From Albugo candida (taxonomy: Eukaryota): a stretch of 64,000 bases of DNA. The first letter of the stretch is position 1, and every line of letters starts with the position of its first letter. The notes beneath the pieces are model-generated. The model was not told where the DNA came from, did not search any database, and saw only the letters and a list, made by a program, of their open reading frames with translations. Where the stretch lies: assembly GCA_040437565.1 (NCBI GenBank), contig JBDOQK010000006.1, positions 434,001-498,000 on the forward strand, given 5' to 3'. A program made the translations under genes and the position numbers. Shown one piece after another: positions 59,901-64,000 of the stretch.

Positions 59901-62327
59901 GCTATCGTTGTCAACAGCGTGACTATCTCTTGGCAAAGCCGAGTATTTAGAACCGCTGTGTCTAAGTTGAGGCATTTTTTTCCACATCAGCAAGTGAAGT
60001 GCTCGACAGCGGTACATGATTCCATGATACTGACCCAACCGACGGCTTTGCTTCCTCAATCGATTGTGTGCTTTTCTCACGGTCTTGTGGTGGCACGATA
60101 GGAAGTTGATTACTTGAACATTTTCGTTTTCTTTGCGAATAGGCAGATGAAAAGACCGAATGGTTTTTCTGTTTTTTGATAAAACAATAAAGTTTTTATG
60201 TTCTTTGTGAACACTCCCGTCTCGAAGTCTAGTTCGTCGTTCTTCTTTGAGCATACGTAAGAATTCCTCAATGCGATCTGTGTCGTTTTCAACTTCGCGA
60301 ACACCAATACATTTCTTGATTGTTGGTGCTTTCGTATGTGCATTCCCCATCCGTGCCGGAACTACAACCGATATAGCTTTGAATTCCTCCATGTTTAGTA
60401 ATTCATTTATAATTTTTCGTACGGAGCGTGTTGCTATAGTAGACAACTCCTGGGAGCATTCCGCTGCCATGTTCTTGCCTGATAGACGGCGTTCCCAATC
60501 AATCAGTCGATTTCGAAGCTGCGAATTGGAAATGATAAGCTCTTTTCTGACTAAATCAATGGCAAACTGTCGACGCTTCTCTCTTATACAAGGTATTTTG
60601 ACAGTGTGGCTAAGAGCTTCTTTTATACTTGCCGGTTGACATGTACTTCTGACACTTGGTGCAATCTCCCGGGTTTCGACATTGGAAGCTGGAGCTTCTA
60701 AAGTTACTTCTCTTGCGTGAAGGATCGCCTGTGCATGATGTGCCAAAGTAACTGTCGTTTCATCAAAAGATGGTGGCTGCTTTGGTGTGTCTTTCTTCAA
60801 TGCGCCAACATCAGAACTAGTGTGCTCTTCTTGGGAAGGGACAAACATTCGATACATGGTATTCTTCCCCACTAATACGCGCTCGACATCAATGTTGTAC
60901 TGAGCTATAAGGCCTTGCGCAAGTTTGTACGGAAGGCGAAAAGTAGGAACCCCAAGTACATCTCGTATTTCCGGAATAGTAGCACCGCGTTTCTTCTTTC
61001 TCTTGATACAATTGTATATCTGTTCTACCACACCAATCTCAACAACTGCACCCTTGCATGTATCTTGCCCTGCATTTAAATCCGAATCTTCAATGGCTGA
61101 ATCATGACGAAGTCGAAGACACCAAAGCTTTCTCCCGTTGCTTGCAGTTTTGACTGCATGACTAGATGCATTACATCTGGCCATAAATATCTCCAAAGGA
61201 AATTCCGGATCGATGTATGCTTCATGCAGTAGATAATTTCGTAATTTTTCTTGGGTTCCTTTCGATATGCCAAGTTCTCGAGCGATATCCGCAAGAACGC
61301 ACGTTTTTTGCCGTCGGAGTCGTAACACCTTCGCCATGACCATGCAAATCAATTCTCTAGGATAGCTCTCTTTCTCCATGGTCCCCTTTACATTGCCTAT
61401 ATCAGCCATGCACTTTGGTGCAAATCGCTTCAGATGCAGCATATTGAATCTTCGGCCTTTGACGGACACGATGTTCTTCACAATCAGTTTGGCGCCAGTC
61501 AGTACATCCAATAGATAATGAAACTTTCGAGCGTCTCCTCCAAATGCTTTATATTTACTCAACTCTGCTGCGCTTTCCCCTCGCTCGCGTGCCCTTCCCA
61601 GAAGTTCCAATAAATCAAATAAAACCGAGCAAGGACTGACCACAAATGGGTCCATGACACCCAAATGGCGTAGTCTCACTTCCTCACAAGCAATGATCCA
61701 AACACTTTTTTCTATTGCCGTATACTGTGACCGGATTGCCTCATCGTATTGCATTTGAGCCAAGCTCTCCGCCTTTTGTGCTATGAGATCGCCTCCGCTT
61801 ATTTTTGCATCCACTACTTCTATGCGTCTACTGTGCTCGGAATCTTCTTGCGTCACTATATTCTCGTCCATCCGTATCTTTTTCCCTGCTTTGAGCGCAT
61901 TGAATGGCTCTGTGCGCTTCTGAGGAGAGCGCTTTTGCTTGCTTCCATGAGCTGCAGAATATGGGCCACGTATCGGGGAAGTCTGATGCTCTACAGGAAT
62001 CAAAGTCGTTGTCCACGTTCGTTTCCTTTTCAAAGTGCGCGGGGAAGAACACAATGGCGCGTTAGTTGAAGTTGCATTTGGAGTATCTTCATTTCGATTG
62101 GACAATATCGTGCGATGAAAACTTAGATGCGAAGTTAATTTACGTAAAATGCTCCAAGTATGCTCTCTGAATGGAAGATCGTGTTGCGGATCGAGTCGAT
62201 TGTATAATTCGGAAACAGCTATACCCGACCTACCTTCAAGTGCAATTTCCTCGATGCAACCTGCTATGAATTCAGGAATAGCTCGTCTTTTTATGGACGT
62301 GTCGAGAGTTGCGCTGTTGCAGTGCAT
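56925..62327 (-). CDS. GTF3C1: Transcription factor IIIC subunit 1 (B-block binding; Tfc3/GTF3C1)-like
   Basis: 1800-aa ORF; IEEIALEGRSGI matches the N-terminal DEVALEGLDG motif; IIACEEVR..LG...LLELLGRARERG...DARKFHY..L...LIVK is the B-block winged helix; C-terminal PW..DG..N...NPG. Confidence 0.8.
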   Translation of the reverse strand: MHCNSATLDTSIKRRAIPEFIAGCIEEIALEGRSGIAVSELYNRLDPQHDLPFREHTWSILRKLTSHLSFHRTILSNRNEDTPNATSTNAPLCSSPRTLKRKRTWTTTLIPVEHQTSPIRGPYSAAHGSKQKRSPQKRTEPFNALKAGKKIRMDENIVTQEDSEHSRRIEVVDAKISGGDLIAQKAESLAQMQYDEAIRSQYTAIEKSVWIIACEEVRLRHLGVMDPFVVSPCSVLFDLLELLGRARERGESAAELSKYKAFGGDARKFHYLLDVLTGAKLIVKNIVSVKGRRFNMLHLKRFAPKCMADIGNVKGTMEKESYPRELICMVMAKVLRLRRQKTCVLADIARELGISKGTQEKLRNYLLHEAYIDPEFPLEIFMARCNASSHAVKTASNGRKLWCLRLRHDSAIEDSDLNAGQDTCKGAVVEIGVVEQIYNCIKRKKKRGATIPEIRDVLGVPTFRLPYKLAQGLIAQYNIDVERVLVGKNTMYRMFVPSQEEHTSSDVGALKKDTPKQPPSFDETTVTLAHHAQAILHAREVTLEAPASNVETREIAPSVRSTCQPASIKEALSHTVKIPCIREKRRQFAIDLVRKELIISNSQLRNRLIDWERRLSGKNMAAECSQELSTIATRSVRKIINELLNMEEFKAISVVVPARMGNAHTKAPTIKKCIGVREVENDTDRIEEFLRMLKEERRTRLRDGSVHKEHKNFIVLSKNRKTIRSFHLPIRKENENVQVINFLSCHHKTVRKAHNRLRKQSRRLGQYHGIMYRCRALHLLMWKKMPQLRHSGSKYSALPRDSHAVDNDSDQLKNTEITATKIDKATCAGEQIAETITKSDFHAEQLYSPQNVLDTLSLKEFIMLLGVSNLLTDQEETQVRSLISSDDSWNKLDHTAAQKIRNGEIDRLYKLLVVLEELNLVEQVKGSPSDYLLALQSSSDQFDEAISQVALATLSGGFFRIRQCLRITLQSGDTILSSRPHESVDVYTSIPGREPLHHTLKTYDDAEKYWKSLEVLSLKGGHSNCLEKQIVDKTDEVLRSAALTTALIHSKISWTPSGLKYAQKNVKTQIADASTTLSASFEQSADMTDRSDTAQGTEALYKKRHSNAKYIGKLKKEALKNATEVNLFRKDKRLGLSYVEYVSQLVTNEKKESKTTRQKENGICAEQNEEGFSRMPYRPHCQSIELWKPELDAKLLELYIERASYQWFIDVPVALQAQDEPTAFRNTRLKRSLLGWHSIGQLLEKPKLLCKRRVKELMELPNNKAQYENVKKSVTALKNPNEIFHEELEIIQQPRLAALHSRALQIVFHDEASYEPSLAAMLLSNWKDDEAQLVWRYLWLAGVIRVPKTRKDQTYEHQRNFTFRIRFFNKKHCSSCYPLQFFLGATEYANFQKENSFEAGNQLLSGVDGCELKRNGISSAQNYVSCLEEHELVPNLVDSHMAIELSYMAMGLSHFSIFFIEPLSQNDMGTKVRGFEAHLSQYFNIASSDYFLQDSWCVTSRFLSDDSCVDETTAQMQAFSTHQDSARPCEPIGITLPIHRDIESWILQQLDRSKEEGLSYIELQHSLRIEVSKKFLEKYGIDGIDCLQRVLDTLVTRKMVWYVSAYEGSRYVLAEHAAIWLIPQEKKFDHQNLDLKWKNTFCLSQPWLLLDGNTNVDTALMLKRRICNSLLSNPGLTDRMLHRTMRKIVSLQNLRVLLDEMVAEKIIYRRILRSRNFSHTVINDDTERKQSNVFEVAFEIHKSNHYGTQNTDRTLRHISEIYKITSGDLRYAEMKVDKVHYFPTVQCVEALGSVASELLH

Positions 62328-62753
62328 TTATAGGAATTTCTGATCCAATCGTTGATGTTGTGCGAGGAAACGAGCAATTGTCTTGCAAGATTTTAGCCAA
62401 TCAGATTATTTAGGACATGCATCAGGAATTGACATATTGGATGAAGGATTGAGGTACGAGTACATGACAGCTTTGTATGATGTTCTTGCCCGCGAAAGAC
62501 TTTAATACGTATCGAGTAGAAAATGCTTCATCGAACTTTCCCATACATATGTTTTCATGCGAAATGAAACAGAGAAAACAGAGAATTGCTGCATTGTCTG
62601 GACCGTCTCAAGCAACCAAGAAGGAAAGCATGTGATCGCAGTCAAAAGAATTACAAGTGAGAATCGTTCGCTTGGTCTGTCAATTTGCTCTATGTTGAGT
62701 TGCACATTACGAAAAACCACATTCGTCCACATTAAATTAGTTTGCGATCGGAA

Positions 62754-63500
62754 ATGAGTGCTACTGACTCGGAAATCGCCATCGAACAGATAACATTCAC
62801 GGACCGGAGTGTCTGGTTCTATCAAATTGTCCCCAAGTACATCTCTACACTTGAACCACGTGCAGATCAATGGGATATAGAGCATCCTTTCATGACGGGC
62901 TCAATTGAGGTGATACAACGAGGCGATGATTGTGTCATTCGTCTATACGAACCTCTCAAAGACACCACTGATAAAGTACTATTTGCTGAATGCCCAGTAC
63001 GGATCACTGCTGATTGCTCGCTGGATGTGTACGTACAAGATTGCGTCGATTCCTCACGTTACTTCATGATTCGAGTGGAAGATCGTGCGACCAAAAAAAG
63101 AGTGTTTGTTGGAATCGGATTTCCCGAACGAACAAGTGCTTTCAATTTCAAAGCTGCTCTACAAGATTATATCAAATATCAACGACGTCAGATAACGATC
63201 GCAGCTGCTACAATGTCACTCAGTAAGATCGATGCGGACACCCAAAATGCGTCAGCTGTATCACAAAAATTTGATTACAAGCTTCCACAAGGAGCGAAAA
63301 TACATATCAAATTGAAAACTAATATAGTAAACCAAAGAAACGATACAGAGGAAAAACGAAATACAGTGGAGACAACCTCAAGCGAAAAAGATAACAACAC
63401 ATTTGCGTCACTGAAAAGCTTTGCCATTCCACCACCGCCGAGTACCTCCACTTTTGATGCAGCACAAGATGATGAATGGGGACAATTTACCGCTGCCTGA
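62754..63500 (+). CDS. NECAP: Adaptin ear-binding coat-associated protein (NECAP)
   Basis: PHear domain RADQW...LFAECP...VDSSRYFMIRVED...FVGIGF.ER..AFNF..ALQD; C-terminal WGQF (WxxF) motif. Confidence 0.9.
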   Translation: MSATDSEIAIEQITFTDRSVWFYQIVPKYISTLEPRADQWDIEHPFMTGSIEVIQRGDDCVIRLYEPLKDTTDKVLFAECPVRITADCSLDVYVQDCVDSSRYFMIRVEDRATKKRVFVGIGFPERTSAFNFKAALQDYIKYQRRQITIAAATMSLSKIDADTQNASAVSQKFDYKLPQGAKIHIKLKTNIVNQRNDTEEKRNTVETTSSEKDNNTFASLKSFAIPPPPSTSTFDAAQDDEWGQFTAA

Positions 63501-64000
63501 TTATTTCAAAAACAGTAAGATGAAGAAAATTCCATATCGTGTAATTATTCTGTAAATGCTTTTGCTGGTCATCTCTGACGATTGGAGCTCCGCTTGTGCT
63601 TTGTTCATTCTGCTGCATCATCGTAAATTGCAAAGAGAGACAAATAAAAAATCTTTTTGTTTTATACTTTATCTCGCAGAGACAGCATTCAGCTATTGAT
63701 GCGTGCTCATTCAACATGCGCTGTCGCGATGACAACGACCGGATTTATTCCCATTGACGTTCCGCACTTAACTTATGTTCGGATATGTGTCTCTTCATTT
63801 CGATTGGCTGAAACAAATCGCTTCCAAAACGATCGAATTTTGGTACTAAAGGAATGTCGAACTCTAAGGATCCACTCTCACGACATACAGCAGAGATGCG
63901 CTCACAATCCGATATGCAAGCAGAAGCATCTTGGGATTGTGGCACGTGCACATTCCAAAACGAATCCAATCTCCAGTACTGTGAAATGTGCACGACGCCG

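Noticed and set aside
30195-62327. Functional link between the tRNA gene and TFIIIC subunit 1
   Set aside because: They are about 27 kb apart with many unrelated genes between; coincidence.
63487-64000. 3' end of a minus-strand gene at the window edge
   Set aside because: Plausible, but neither frame nor product can be established from this fragment.

Overview
Gene-dense eukaryotic DNA (roughly 43% GC by eye, short GT-AG introns, 100-N scaffold gaps). The gene content, an oomycete-type Inr/FPR promoter and a flagellar gene point to a compact oomycete genome, Albugo-like; that assignment is inference. About 28 protein genes can be supported: Ask1-like (DASH), an H4-H3 double histone-fold protein, an AP2-domain protein with transmembrane helices, an OSR1/SPAK-type kinase, histone H3, PEX4, a CCCH/CUE protein, WDR24, a CCT protein, BLTP2/Hobbit, ABHD17, LAMTOR2, a small secreted Met/Cys-rich peptide, HAUS8-like, a patatin lipase, an RBR ligase, CFAP298, a DUF4211-like/MDM2-type RING protein, a histidine acid phosphatase, an L/F-transferase-like protein, RasGEF, THOC1, a PSP1 protein, TFIIIC subunit 1, NECAP and a few hypotheticals, plus tRNA-Glu(TTC). 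The most striking item is a single polypeptide at 661-2040 carrying a gapless H4-like fold, a long acidic linker, an H3-like fold, a coiled coil and a spliced bipartite NLS, head-to-head with a kinetochore Ask1-like gene. Other highlights are a putative membrane-tethered transcription factor and an accessory island (29.1-33.4 kb) with a hidden tandem paralog, repeated 3'-flank stem-loops and a long G-U-compatible hairpin. Several duplications flanking N gaps are assembly artefacts. All family assignments come from motif recognition by eye, not database searches.
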